From NCBI GenBank assembly GCA_019057795.1, contig JAHLWS010000031.1, forward strand, positions 9,857-73,856: a stretch of DNA of 64,000 nucleotides. The letters are read 5' to 3'. Below, one piece after another: positions 20,251-30,541 of this stretch (positions are counted from its first letter, which is position 1; the number at the start of each line of letters is the position of its first letter). Position numbers and translations under genes: made by a program. This DNA is from Promethearchaeota archaeon (GTDB lineage: Archaea > Asgardarchaeota > Lokiarchaeia > Sigyniarchaeales > SOKP01). Under the pieces are notes generated by a model. It saw only the letters and a program-made list of their open reading frames with translations. It was not told where the DNA came from and did not search any database.

Positions 20251-21573
20251 TTATCCTCCTCTAATTACTTCTGCTGCCCTTGCTGCCGCACCGCTCGCCT
20301 CAGAAACCGAGCGTGGTATATCCATAGGCTCATGTACGCATCCACATGTAAATATACCTCCCTTACTGGTTTCTGTTGAGTCAAAAGGAGGAGTTTTAAC
20401 AAATCTATACTCGTTTAATTCAATACCTAAGACTTCTGACATTTTCTCAATTCCTTCTGGTGGGATAATACATGTGGCTAAAACTGCTAAGTCCACTTTT
20501 AATTCTATTATCTCTCCATTGTCTAAATCTTCATACGCTATAATCGGATTTTCTTTCTTATCGATAGTAATTTGAGCAATTTTACTCTTAATATATTTTA
20601 TATTATAATCGTTCTCGCCCCTATTAATAAAAGATTGAAAGCCTTTACCCCCTGCTCTCATATCTATATAAAAGACGTATGACTCCAATTCATTATTATG
20701 CTCGTAAGCTATCATAGCTTCTTTAGTTGTATACATACAACAAATTGACGAGCAATACTTTCTACTTCTATCGTTTCGTGAACCGATACATTGCAAATAA
20801 GCTATTTTTTTTGGTTTTTCTCCGTCAGATAGTCTTTTTATGTGTCCCTCTTGAGGTCCAGAAGCGCTTAACAATCTTTCGAACTCTAAGGCGGTAACGA
20901 CATTTCTGTACTTTTGATAACCGTAATTTCTTAAAACCTCATTATCAATATCTTCGATCAAACTATACCCTGTAGCAACGATAATAGAACCAACATTATT
21001 CAATTTAATATGTTGATCTTGTTGCTCAAAATCAATTGCTTCCCTCTCACAAACTTTCTCGCAAATTCTACACGCGTTCTTTGTAAACCATAAGCAATTA
21101 TCCTTATCAATCGTCATTATAGCAGGGACTCCTTGCAAGTAATACATATAAATAGCTCTCCTTTTTCTTAGCTGACGATCGAATTCATCTATTACCCTCA
21201 TTGGGCATTTTTCAGCACAAACACCGCAATTTATGCACTCATCTTCTTTAACGTAGCGTGCACGCTGTAAAATATCGACCGAAAAATTACCGCTCTCCCC
21301 CTCCACTTTCTGAACTTCTGAATACGAATAGAGAGTAATGTTTGGATGTCTATAACATTCTGATAATTTAGGGGCTAAAATGCAAATCGAACAATCGTTA
21401 GTAGGAAATGTTTTATCTAATTGGGCCATTCTGCCCCCAATATTTGGTTTCTTTTCTACCATATCTACATGTATTCCCATATCTGCTAAATCTAATGCTG
21501 CTTGAATTCCTGCGATCCCACCACCAATAACTAAGGCACTCTTTGAGTTTTTTTCCAAATTTCCTTCACTCAT
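20251..21573 (-). CDS. hdrA: HdrA family protein, N-terminal half of a split large HdrA
   Basis: GGGIAG, QLDKTFPTNDCSIC, inserted ferredoxin, QCIGSR...CSSICCMY. Confidence 0.92.
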   Translation of the reverse strand: MSEGNLEKNSKSALVIGGGIAGIQAALDLADMGIHVDMVEKKPNIGGRMAQLDKTFPTNDCSICILAPKLSECYRHPNITLYSYSEVQKVEGESGNFSVDILQRARYVKEDECINCGVCAEKCPMRVIDEFDRQLRKRRAIYMYYLQGVPAIMTIDKDNCLWFTKNACRICEKVCEREAIDFEQQDQHIKLNNVGSIIVATGYSLIEDIDNEVLRNYGYQKYRNVVTALEFERLLSASGPQEGHIKRLSDGEKPKKIAYLQCIGSRNDRSRKYCSSICCMYTTKEAMIAYEHNNELESYVFYIDMRAGGKGFQSFINRGENDYNIKYIKSKIAQITIDKKENPIIAYEDLDNGEIIELKVDLAVLATCIIPPEGIEKMSEVLGIELNEYRFVKTPPFDSTETSKGGIFTCGCVHEPMDIPRSVSEASGAAARAAEVIRGG

Positions 21574-21603
21574 TATTAATTTTAATTTTAATTTTAATAA
21601 AGT

Positions 21604-22479
21604 TTAAACATTGAACCCTATACTTTCGAACAATTCCTTTGGTTTAATTCGATGAAAGTTAAATCCTAATTCTTCTGGTTTAAACCCAAACGATAAAGCC
21701 ATCAACTCAGACAAATAAAAAATAGGTATATTGTATTCAGAATTATTTCTCTTGTTAAGTTCTCTCTGATTAAACTCAAATTGTTGATAGCAAGCAGGAC
21801 ATACTACAACAACGCAGTTAGCGCCAGATTCATAAATTGCTTTCAATTTGTTGTCTATCATTTGAAGAGATAAATCCCTATCCGACTTATCAAGTGGATT
21901 TCCACAACACTCCATTTTTAGCTCGTATTCTACGGATTCCGCTCCTAATGTCTTAACGATTTCATCTAAAGTTACAGGTTCAAATGGGTCGTCCCATTTA
22001 ATAAACTCTGAAGGTCTTAAATAGTGACAACCGTAATGAATGGCGACCTTAAAACCTTCCAAAGGTTTTTCTATGTTTTCTTTAACTTTCTCTAGATTTT
22101 CATAAAGAACTTGAGCAAAATGTTTTACTTCTGTTTTGCCATCATATGTCTTTCCAATCTTTTTTAAATATTTGTTAACTTTTTGCTTAGCGTCTACATC
22201 CTTATTTATGAAGTAATTTATGCCTTTTAATGTCTCAACGCATCCTGAGCAAAAAGATATGACTCCTCCATTTTTATTGCACAAACTTAAATTTCTTGCA
22301 CCCAAAGCTAACCATGTTTCGTGGTCAATTAGCTCAATCCCAGTAGGATCAGGACAACAACTAAACCCGTCAACATCTTGTAACTCAATACCGAGTTTTT
22401 CAAAAACTTTTCTTGAAGATACCTCTAAATAAGGTAATCTTGCAGGAATAACGCACCCCAAAAATAAATCGTATGTCAT
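21604..22479 (-). CDS. hdrB: Heterodisulfide reductase subunit B
   Basis: FLGC, SCCP, CSGC, HYGCH, CCG and CPAC CCG-domain motifs. Confidence 0.95.
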   Translation of the reverse strand: MTYDLFLGCVIPARLPYLEVSSRKVFEKLGIELQDVDGFSCCPDPTGIELIDHETWLALGARNLSLCNKNGGVISFCSGCVETLKGINYFINKDVDAKQKVNKYLKKIGKTYDGKTEVKHFAQVLYENLEKVKENIEKPLEGFKVAIHYGCHYLRPSEFIKWDDPFEPVTLDEIVKTLGAESVEYELKMECCGNPLDKSDRDLSLQMIDNKLKAIYESGANCVVVVCPACYQQFEFNQRELNKRNNSEYNIPIFYLSELMALSFGFKPEELGFNFHRIKPKELFESIGFNV

Positions 22480-22480
22480 T

Positions 22481-22978
22481 TTATTCGCGCTCCCTCAAGA
22501 TATTTTTTTCAAAATTAGTCTCTCTCATTAGAGTTTTAATCTCTTCCACTGAGGCGATTTTGATCTCTGGAAGACCTAATTTTTTACGCCTAGCAACGAT
22601 CGAATTTGAATAAGGAATGGCAACTCCAGTATCAAAAACCGCTTTACCCTGGGAGTAAAACGCTTCGGGATATTTCTGCTCTTCAAAACACAAGTTTTTT
22701 ATTAAAGTAAATATCTCCGTTAATTCTACCTTTTGAGGGCATAACTCAACGCATTTTTGACAAGTTGAACACAACCAGGGGTTAGGATCTTGACTCTCAA
22801 CTAATTTATCCTTTAACCCTAATATTGCCTCTTCAATTATTTTTCTAGGATTATACTTCCCATTTGTAAGTAAAGCTACAGGACACCCCCCAGAACACGT
22901 TGAACATTGATAACAATAACTCAACGACGCGTTGTGCTTGAGCACTTCGTTTCTAAAATTATAATTTACGACACTCAT
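22481..22978 (-). CDS. hdrC: Heterodisulfide reductase subunit C
   Basis: CYQCSTCSGGCP and WLCSTCQKCVELCP; adjacent to hdrB. Confidence 0.93.
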   Translation of the reverse strand: MSVVNYNFRNEVLKHNASLSYCYQCSTCSGGCPVALLTNGKYNPRKIIEEAILGLKDKLVESQDPNPWLCSTCQKCVELCPQKVELTEIFTLIKNLCFEEQKYPEAFYSQGKAVFDTGVAIPYSNSIVARRKKLGLPEIKIASVEEIKTLMRETNFEKNILRERE

Positions 22979-23097
22979 GTCAAAACCTCTTTTTCTAACC
23001 TTTTGTGTTTTTTAATGGTTTAACTAATTTAAATTTTACAAAAAGGAAATATAAGTTCAATTAATTTATTACAATACAACACAATTAGATAAATTAT

Positions 23098-23120
23098 AAT
23101 GGAAAATTGACATTTCCATT
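23098..23120. promoter_or_regulatory. Inverted repeat upstream of hdrC
   Basis: AATGGAAA-N7-TTTCCATT. Confidence 0.4.
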
Positions 23121-23162
23121 CTAACTTGTTTAGATAATTCTTAAATTGGATTTTATTTTTAA

Positions 23163-23441
23163 TTACTCGAGATGCTTTTGAAGATCTATGTAAATTGGTA
23201 TCTCTTCGCCCTTCTTCTTAATTACAACTCTTAAAAGCCCATCCTCTATAGATGTTTCGATTGGTATTAACTCTTCTTTGGACGCTTTTGGAGCTGTATC
23301 CCCTTCAGGACGTTTCGTTTTAGTCTTTAAACATGTACGTTGCTCGTTATAGAGAAAACAATGGGAACAACAAAAGCCTTCCGGCATGTATCCCACTATT
23401 GAACACTTATCGTAATTGTCGCAATTACAATTGTTACACAT
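23163..23441 (-). CDS. Small Cys-rich protein, paralog 3
   Basis: MCNNCNCDNYDKCSIVGYMPEGFCCSHC...C. Confidence 0.85.
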   Translation of the reverse strand: MCNNCNCDNYDKCSIVGYMPEGFCCSHCFLYNEQRTCLKTKTKRPEGDTAPKASKEELIPIETSIEDGLLRVVIKKKGEEIPIYIDLQKHLE

Positions 23442-23453
23442 AAGCGTTTACCT

Positions 23454-23684
23454 CTATTTGCCTATGATAGGGGTTACCTTTTCCTTTCTTGCTTCTACTT
23501 GAGTTTCAACTCGAATATGTTGAGAACTTGAGTCAAAAACCTTTGCTTTCATTCTAATATAATTTTCGCACGAATGTCTATTTTCATATCCTACACAAAT
23601 TTCGCAACAAAACCCAATAGGTTGGTACCCAACAATCGAACATCGATCGTAAGCATCTTGACTACAATTACAGCTATTACACAT
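23454..23684 (-). CDS. Small Cys-rich protein, paralog 2
   Basis: MCNSCNCSQDAYDRCSIVGYQPIGFCCEIC...C. Confidence 0.85.
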   Translation of the reverse strand: MCNSCNCSQDAYDRCSIVGYQPIGFCCEICVGYENRHSCENYIRMKAKVFDSSSQHIRVETQVEARKEKVTPIIGK

Positions 23685-23704
23685 TTTTAATTCCCTCTCG
23701 ATTT

Positions 23705-23881
23705 TTAGTGAATAATTGTCTGTGTTGGCAGGTTGTTCCTGCTGAACTCAACTTCTCTTAGTGTTTTAAAGCATTTTTCCCGGTCTTCGTAAAGAACACA
23801 CTTAGGACAACAAAAATCTAATGGAAAATATCCAACAATGGAACATTTCTCGTAGTTTTCGCAATCGCAGTTATTACACAT
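23705..23881 (-). CDS. Small Cys-rich protein, paralog 1 (58 aa, absent from ORF track)
   Basis: Manual translation: MCNNCDCENYEKCSIVGYFPLDFCCPKCVLYEDREKCFKTLREVEFSRNNLPTQTIIH*. Confidence 0.85.
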   Translation of the reverse strand: MCNNCDCENYEKCSIVGYFPLDFCCPKCVLYEDREKCFKTLREVEFSRNNLPTQTIIH

Positions 23882-23938
23882 TTTTTATTCACTTTTATTT
23901 TTTTTTATTGTGAATTAATTCCCACAATTTTTTTTTAC

Positions 23939-24054
23939 TATGATCATAATTAGATAAATTAGTATTTAAGTATGATCATTCTTCATATTTTCGACTAAAC
24001 CTTTTATCGATAATCTTGATTTTGTTAGTTTAGAGTAATGATTCTGATCAGAAT
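23939..24054. promoter_or_regulatory. Three TGATCA-centred palindromes around a candidate TATA box
   Basis: TATGATCATA 23939-23948, ATGATCAT 23972-23979, ATTCTGATCAGAAT 24041-24054; minus-strand CTTAAATA at 23963-23970. Confidence 0.5.
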
Positions 24055-24444
24055 TCATGCATTCGGTAACAAACTAAATTTGATTGATCCAAATCACTGA
24101 TTAATATAGAATATTATTATTCAAAGTTTCAAAATGTAAAAAAAGTTCAAAAAAGGCCAAATATATGAAACTTTTCGAAAAATAATCGCTACAAAATGGT
24201 AAAAATCATGAATTCCCTTGGACACGAATGTAACCAATAAACCTACTAATGTTGAATATAACGAGTAGAAGGCGTGAATTGATAGTTTTTAAAAATTATA
24301 ATAATTTGAACCTAAAAAAATAACATGTTCGAGTTTCGGAAAAATTTAAGTTTTTAAAAGAAAAATTAAAACTATTATAAAAAATTTATATATTTTATAA
24401 ATATTTAAGAAAAAAACGAAACTATAACATGTAGGTAAATAGAA

Positions 24445-25251
24445 ATGGGTGTAGAAATTTACTATTTTTCAGGAACAGGAAATACTCTTCATGTAGCAAG
24501 AGAATTAAAGAGAAGAATTCCAGAAACTACCCTTATATCGATTATTGGGGCATTAAAAAAAGAGAAAATAGAATCTGAAGCTGAAATTATAGGTGTGATT
24601 TTTCCAATTCATGCTCATACATTTCCTTTGGTAGTTAAGGAATTTCTTAAAAAAGTTGATCTGCAATCAGCTTCTTACATTTTTGCACTTTCAACCCGTC
24701 TTTGTGTAGATAAAGTATTTTCAGCTATTAATAAAATTTTGAAGAAAAAAGATAGAATAATAGACGCTTCTTTCGCTGTTAACACACCTGTTAATTATGT
24801 ACCATTTTTTGCTATTCTTTCTGAAAAAGAAGTAATGAGATTAGAGGAAAAACTACAAACGAGATTGGATGAAATTCAAGCGATAATTTCTAACAAACAA
24901 ACCAGTTATGAAAGGACAGGTTTACTAGGATTTTTATTGGCAAATACTCTACTCCGGTTTAGTACTTTTATGTTTCAAAAAACAGGCTATTTTGGTTTGC
25001 AAAAGGCTTTTTATGCTGATGACAAATGCATTGGATGTGGTACCTGTGAGAAAATCTGTTTATCTAATAAAATAGAATTAGTAGACAACAAACCTATTTG
25101 GAAAGAGAATATTGATTGTACTTATTGTTTTGCTTGCATAAGTTATTGTCCTTCAATAGCAATTCAAGTTAAAGGAAAAAGAACTACTAAAAAAGGAAGG
25201 TATCATCATCCCTTAATCAAAGCGGAAGATATTGCTGAACAAAAGTTATAA
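24445..25251 (+). CDS. EFR1-type flavodoxin/ferredoxin fusion
   Basis: YYFSGTGNT flavodoxin motif; CIGCGTCEKIC and CTYCFACISYCP. Confidence 0.9.
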   Translation: MGVEIYYFSGTGNTLHVARELKRRIPETTLISIIGALKKEKIESEAEIIGVIFPIHAHTFPLVVKEFLKKVDLQSASYIFALSTRLCVDKVFSAINKILKKKDRIIDASFAVNTPVNYVPFFAILSEKEVMRLEEKLQTRLDEIQAIISNKQTSYERTGLLGFLLANTLLRFSTFMFQKTGYFGLQKAFYADDKCIGCGTCEKICLSNKIELVDNKPIWKENIDCTYCFACISYCPSIAIQVKGKRTTKKGRYHHPLIKAEDIAEQKL

Positions 25252-25669
25252 TTTTTCTGTTTTTTTTATTCAAACTAAAAAAAATAATGCTAACTTAAAA
25301 ATCGCTTTTTCCTCGCCTTTCTGAGATGTAACTTCTACCCTTTTGAACTCGTTTATGCGCGTGATGTCTATTTTAGGTATAATAAGCGATCTATAAGAGA
25401 TTGTTAGAACATTTATTTTTGATAATACAAATATATTTGAAAAAAAATCTACATGATTAATTATGATAGAATCAGAAATGAAAGATGGCGTACCTATGTG
25501 TACACTTGAAATGTATGAAAAAGATTTTGCAGATAGATACTTAGTACACGGAATTATTGAAAAATGGGCAAAGCAAGAAATAACCCAACATAACTTACTC
25601 GTAAGTTGGTAGGTGGCGTTACTCATTCCAATAAAAAATCCAAAAAAAATCTAAGTTAAACTTAGATAT

Positions 25670-27115
25670 TTATAGACCTAATTCTTTAGCGATTCTTTCG
25701 CCCCAGAATTTATCAGCTTTAGTAAAATGCCCGACCATGCGCTCTTGAATGTATTTAGGGACAGTTGTTAGACTATTTACAAGGTTTTGAATGAGTCGTT
25801 CCCTCTCATCATCTGGTAGTAATCTATAGAGATTACCTGGTTGAATGAAATCTGCATCAACTCTAGGTTGATTATATCTATCGGCATCACCAGAAATTTT
25901 TAAAGGTGGTTCCTTAAAAGCAGGATTTTCTTTTGGACCACCAAAACTGTTTGGTTCATAAACCACAGCGTTTCCGGCATTTCCATCAAATCGCATAAAA
26001 CCATCACGATGGTATGTGTTCACTTCTACCGCTTTTGGTCGATTAACGGGTAGCAATTGATAATTAACGCCAAGTCGATATCGATGAGCATCGGCATATG
26101 AAAAAAGCCTACCTTGGAGCATTTTATCAGGTGAAAAAGAAATTCCTGGTACTCTATTAGACGGATCAAAAGCAGCTTGTTCCACTTCTGCAAAATAATT
26201 AGAAGGATTCCGATTTAGCTCCATTATTCCCACTTTGATTAAGGGATAATCACCATGAGGCCATACTTTAGTTAAATCAAAGGGATTCCATTCAAAAGTT
26301 TCAGCTTCAATTTCTGGCATGATTTGTATGGATAATTCCCACTTTGGATAATCTCCCCTTTCAATTCTCTCAAAAAGATCACGAGTTCCCCAATCTGGAT
26401 CAGTACCAGCAAGCTTATCTGCTTCTTCTTGTGTAAAGTTTTTAATACCTTGCAGGGTTTTGAAGTGAAATTTGACCCAGAAACGTTCATCATTTGCGTT
26501 AATAAAACTATACGTGTGGCTCCCGTAACCATTCATGTGTGGAAAACCTCTGGGAATGCCGCGATCAGAGAAGAGTATAGTCACTTGGTGTAATGATTCA
26601 GGTACTAGGGACCAAAAATCCCACCACATTGTTTGAGACCGAAGGTTCGTTTGAGGCAGACGCTTTTGAGTGTGAATAAAATCGCTGAATTTCAGCGGGT
26701 CTCTTATAAAAAAGACGGGTGTATTATTACCGACTAAATCCCAATTACCTTCTTCTGTATAAAACTTGATTGCAAAGCCTCTAACATCTCTCACCGTATC
26801 AGCTGAACCTCTTTCCCCTGCGACTGTTGAGAACCGAATAAAGAGCTCGGTCTTTTTTCCAACCTCAGAGAATATTTTTGCCTTCGTATATTTTGTAATA
26901 TCATCTGTCACATTAAATGTACCGTATGCTCCAGCACCTTTAGCATGTACAACTCGTTCAGGTATTCTTTCTCTTGCAAAAGTGGCTAATTTTTCGAGTA
27001 AGTGAACATCTTGCATTAGTACGGGACCTCTCTCTCCTGCAGTTATTGAATTTTGATTGTCTACAACAGGCGCGCCCCCTGCCATGGTTAATGTTTTTTC
27101 CTTTTTATTTTTCAT
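25670..27115 (-). CDS. katA: Monofunctional heme catalase (small-subunit type)
   Basis: [42 protein letters not shown]. Confidence 0.97.
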   Translation of the reverse strand: MKNKKEKTLTMAGGAPVVDNQNSITAGERGPVLMQDVHLLEKLATFARERIPERVVHAKGAGAYGTFNVTDDITKYTKAKIFSEVGKKTELFIRFSTVAGERGSADTVRDVRGFAIKFYTEEGNWDLVGNNTPVFFIRDPLKFSDFIHTQKRLPQTNLRSQTMWWDFWSLVPESLHQVTILFSDRGIPRGFPHMNGYGSHTYSFINANDERFWVKFHFKTLQGIKNFTQEEADKLAGTDPDWGTRDLFERIERGDYPKWELSIQIMPEIEAETFEWNPFDLTKVWPHGDYPLIKVGIMELNRNPSNYFAEVEQAAFDPSNRVPGISFSPDKMLQGRLFSYADAHRYRLGVNYQLLPVNRPKAVEVNTYHRDGFMRFDGNAGNAVVYEPNSFGGPKENPAFKEPPLKISGDADRYNQPRVDADFIQPGNLYRLLPDDERERLIQNLVNSLTTVPKYIQERMVGHFTKADKFWGERIAKELGL

Positions 27116-27464
27116 AATAATTCCTCATTTTATTTGTTTTCAATTTTTTAAACAATGTTAGTAATTCTAATCAAAATATAAGAAAAATTCTTATATAATT
27201 TTTTACTTTTATGTCTTCTCTCATTCTTTCCTACTGTCCTATTTTGATATCTATTTCGATGTGATTTTGCCTTTTTTATAGAATAATTTAATGAAGTGAT
27301 GATGAAGTAGGAACATTTAATTAACTTTTATGAGATATTGTTAGATACGGTTTCAGAAAAAATTTCGAAAAACGATAAAAATTAATAACAATTTTTCCCA
27401 ATTGATCATAAGAACATTATAATTTTGTAAAGATATTAATAATAATACAAGTGAGTTAATTGAA

Positions 27465-27884
27465 ATGGATGTTATAGACATTAAGATTTTAGAAGAATTA
27501 AAAATGGATAGTAGAATGTCGTTTAATGAAATCAGTAAGCGCATTATGAAAACAGAAGCAACAGTTAGAAGAAGAGTGAAAAAATTGAGAGAAGATGGAA
27601 TTATCAAGCGGTTTACAATAGATTATGAGATTGACACAAAACCTAAAACTTCCGCAACCATAAAAGTAGAGCCTGATTTCAAAGATATTAAGCGAATTTT
27701 GAGCGAATTAAAGGAAATTGAAGAAATAACGGCTATTTGGAGGTTATCTGGAGATTGTGGGCTTCTTATGAAAGTAGATATCGCATCTATCGAGCAGTTT
27801 AATCCGCTTATAGAGGATAAAATCTCTCAGGTTTCAGGAATAAAAATAGTAGAAACTTGTTTTATAACTGATATTATCAAATAA
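27465..27884 (+). CDS. Lrp/AsnC family transcriptional regulator
   Basis: DIKILEELKMDSRMSFNEI...TVRRRVKKLREDGIIKRF HTH; LSGDCGL RAM domain. Confidence 0.92.
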   Translation: MDVIDIKILEELKMDSRMSFNEISKRIMKTEATVRRRVKKLREDGIIKRFTIDYEIDTKPKTSATIKVEPDFKDIKRILSELKEIEEITAIWRLSGDCGLLMKVDIASIEQFNPLIEDKISQVSGIKIVETCFITDIIK

Positions 27885-28102
27885 CAAAAAATTTTTTTTA
27901 CTAATCTTTTTTTAATCTAAACGAAAAAATTAACTTAGTTTTTACATGAAAAATGGGGAAAAAGGCATTAAAATTCTAAAACCTTAAGCCTAACAAATTA
28001 AAAATTTTCCACAGTCACGTTTTTTTAATTATTTTGGGACGATATAACGGACATAAGGAAATAAAATTTTCATTTAAAAATAATTAAAAGGTGATAAATA
28101 TA

Positions 28103-28276
28103 ATGACTAGCGAAGTAAATTTTAGCCCAGAAATTTGCATTTTATCGTGCCCATTTTCACACGCGTGTAGCCTTCCCAAAGTTGAAAGTTTATGCAATTT
28201 TCCAGATTATAAACTTTGCCCTGATTACGATTCCAAACTAAAAAGATTAAAATCCTCAACCAAAATCTTGCACTAA
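28103..28276 (+). CDS. Small Cys-rich hypothetical protein
   Basis: CILSCPFSHACSLP...LCNFPDYKLCPDY; five Cys, plausible coding pattern. Confidence 0.6.
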   Translation: MTSEVNFSPEICILSCPFSHACSLPKVESLCNFPDYKLCPDYDSKLKRLKSSTKILH

Positions 28277-28430
28277 TTAAAATCTAAACCCCTGAAACTG
28301 AGAATTTTATAATATTTTTTAAAAATCAGGTCAATTCAAGTCTTAGTTTAAGCATTCATAGTTTAGATTGGACTTTTGAAACTAACGAAATGCAAATACT
28401 AAGTAGCTAAAACCTAAGAAAAGAAAAAGA

Positions 28431-28733
28431 TTATACCTCTTTTTCCATCAATATCTCGTTTAAAACGATATCGAGCTCAATATCGGAGTCTCTTATCTTT
28501 TTAACGACTTTCCTTAAACCATAATCGTTTAACATTAGTTCAATAATGTTTTTATATAACCCGACTATGTTTTCCTTGCCCGCTTCGTAATAAATTTGAT
28601 CATCTTTATCAGCAAGGCCAATGTTTAGGATATCGTACAATCCCTTAATGGACTCCTTAATATCGTGGAAATTCTTCTCGGCTTTTTCTACACTACCATT
28701 CGTAAAATTTGTTTGAGGCATTTTTTTAATCAC
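28431..28733 (-). CDS. Hypothetical protein
   Basis: 100-aa helical ORF with normal composition. Confidence 0.6.
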   Translation of the reverse strand: MIKKMPQTNFTNGSVEKAEKNFHDIKESIKGLYDILNIGLADKDDQIYYEAGKENIVGLYKNIIELMLNDYGLRKVVKKIRDSDIELDIVLNEILMEKEV

Positions 28734-29215
28734 TATGTTTCAATAATAATTCTGAATATATAAATGATTACTATTTTCGACTATTTCGTGTCAATTCACG
28801 ATCAGCAAATGTAAACAAATCTAATGGTGTTGACGAATATCATAAGTGAAAATATTAAAATAATAAAAAGAAAAATATCGAGATTGGAAATAAAAAAAGC
28901 TTTAGGTATTATGATAATCAAAAATATATTAAGTCGATCGAGGAATCTCGTCTTTTTTAACTCTTTTGATCAATAAAAAAAAGAAAAATGAAGAAAAAGT
29001 AAATTTTTAGAGCATCATTTTTTAAAAAACAATAAACTAAAAAAGCTAATACTTAACATAGTTCTCTTTTTTAGAACACAAAATATAAGAAAAAAAACTT
29101 TTCTGAGATTTTTCTTCCAATTTTATATTAGAAGTGATCCAAAGGCTGGTAACACAACCTGTTGTTTTTTTATCGAGTGATTTCAATAATTAATAAAAAT
29201 GTTAAAAAAGAAAAC

Positions 29216-30403
29216 TTACACGTATTCGATTGTTGCCGGGGGTTTGGGAGTGATGTCAAAATAGATGTTTTTTGTATCGGGGATTTCAAGCAATTTGTAT
29301 TTTATTTCTTCAATTAATTCGATTGGTAAATTTGTAACGCTTGCCGTCCTTGCGTCGATGCTATTGATAGATCGGATGATGACGTCGTAAATTCCTTCGT
29401 GGCTTTCATAAAGCTCGTAAAGTATCCTGGCATATCCTTTTATTTGGGAAGAAAAATGTACTAATTTTTTAAAATCCCATTCGCCTTTAATCGATAAAGG
29501 GACTTCGTAAGTTCTTTGGTCGTTAATAATTCCGGTTACTTTTCTTAATAGTACATCCGTGGTTGTCGCTGCAAACGCTTGAAATGGTTCTTGCTCTCCC
29601 TTATCGTTAATTATCATAGGTTTGCCAAATTTTTCAGTATAATAATCGTCAACTGTTGATTCAACAATATCGTGGACTTTTTTTTCAAATTTCAAATTTA
29701 CTGAAGTGACTGGACCAATAATACGAGCCGAGAGCGCTGGACCTGGAAAAGCTTTTCGATAAACTAATTCGTTAGGCATTTTAAAATACTCGAGAACTTT
29801 TCTTACTTCCGGTTTCGTAAGACTTGCTACAGGTTGTACAGTTGCCTCTACGTCGTATTCAATATCCAAATTGTGTTGACTTTTGACGAATCCTCGAATA
29901 TTTTTGTTTTTTAAAGAAATTTCCTCCTTTAAAGACATGGTTTCTTTTAGATCTGAGATTTTAACGCCAAAGCTTTCTTCAATATCTGGTAAAATGGTAC
30001 CATCAGATAGTAGGTCGCATTTTTCTTCTTTAATAACTTTGCTAATTGTATCTGAGTAAGCGTCTTTGAATAATTTTCTTTTTGCTTCGGCATCCTCTTC
30101 TCCAAAAATTTTAGGAAGAAATTTCTCCCTGATATCTACCACCATAACTTCTGGAAATAGCTTTTTAATATTTTCTCTTTCTTCGACCCCCCTAATTATT
30201 CGCATAAGGCCATGATCGATAAAAACCGGAATTGTATTGATGTTTGCTTCTTTAAGCAGAAGATAAGTCGCAGAACTGTCGATCCCTCCAGAAAGGGCGC
30301 AAAAAACTTTTTTATCCTTCGCGTGCTTCTGTAAAAATGTTATTGCAGCCTTAACAAACTTTTCGGGTTCGCGGGGTGGATTTATTAATCGATGATTTAG
30401 CAT
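29216..30403 (-). CDS. guaAB: GMP synthase, ATP pyrophosphatase subunit (B)
   Basis: ALSGGIDS PP-loop, DHGLMR, GTILPDIEES, KSQHN, FPGPAL, DITPKPPATIEY. Confidence 0.9.
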   Translation of the reverse strand: MLNHRLINPPREPEKFVKAAITFLQKHAKDKKVFCALSGGIDSSATYLLLKEANINTIPVFIDHGLMRIIRGVEERENIKKLFPEVMVVDIREKFLPKIFGEEDAEAKRKLFKDAYSDTISKVIKEEKCDLLSDGTILPDIEESFGVKISDLKETMSLKEEISLKNKNIRGFVKSQHNLDIEYDVEATVQPVASLTKPEVRKVLEYFKMPNELVYRKAFPGPALSARIIGPVTSVNLKFEKKVHDIVESTVDDYYTEKFGKPMIINDKGEQEPFQAFAATTTDVLLRKVTGIINDQRTYEVPLSIKGEWDFKKLVHFSSQIKGYARILYELYESHEGIYDVIIRSINSIDARTASVTNLPIELIEEIKYKLLEIPDTKNIYFDITPKPPATIEYV

Positions 30404-30541
30404 AAAATAAATAAAGTTAATTCATAAAAAAAGTGTATTTATTAATTGGTTATGATTTGCCTAATTTTTTATAGAAGTTATTTGATGTAATATTTGATTC
30501 ATTTACATTCAATTTCTAAAGAAAATTAAAGGTATAGCGAT

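Noticed and set aside
10201-22978. Selenocysteine recoding in hdrA/mvhD/frhB (Lokiarchaeia are known to use Sec)
   Set aside because: All ORFs are full length with Cys at the motif positions; no in-frame TGA is needed and no convincing SECIS was seen
25270-25626. 118-aa minus-strand ORF, and a 49-aa plus-strand ORF at 25463-25612
   Set aside because: The minus ORF has shadow-like composition; the plus ORF is plausible but has no motif or other support
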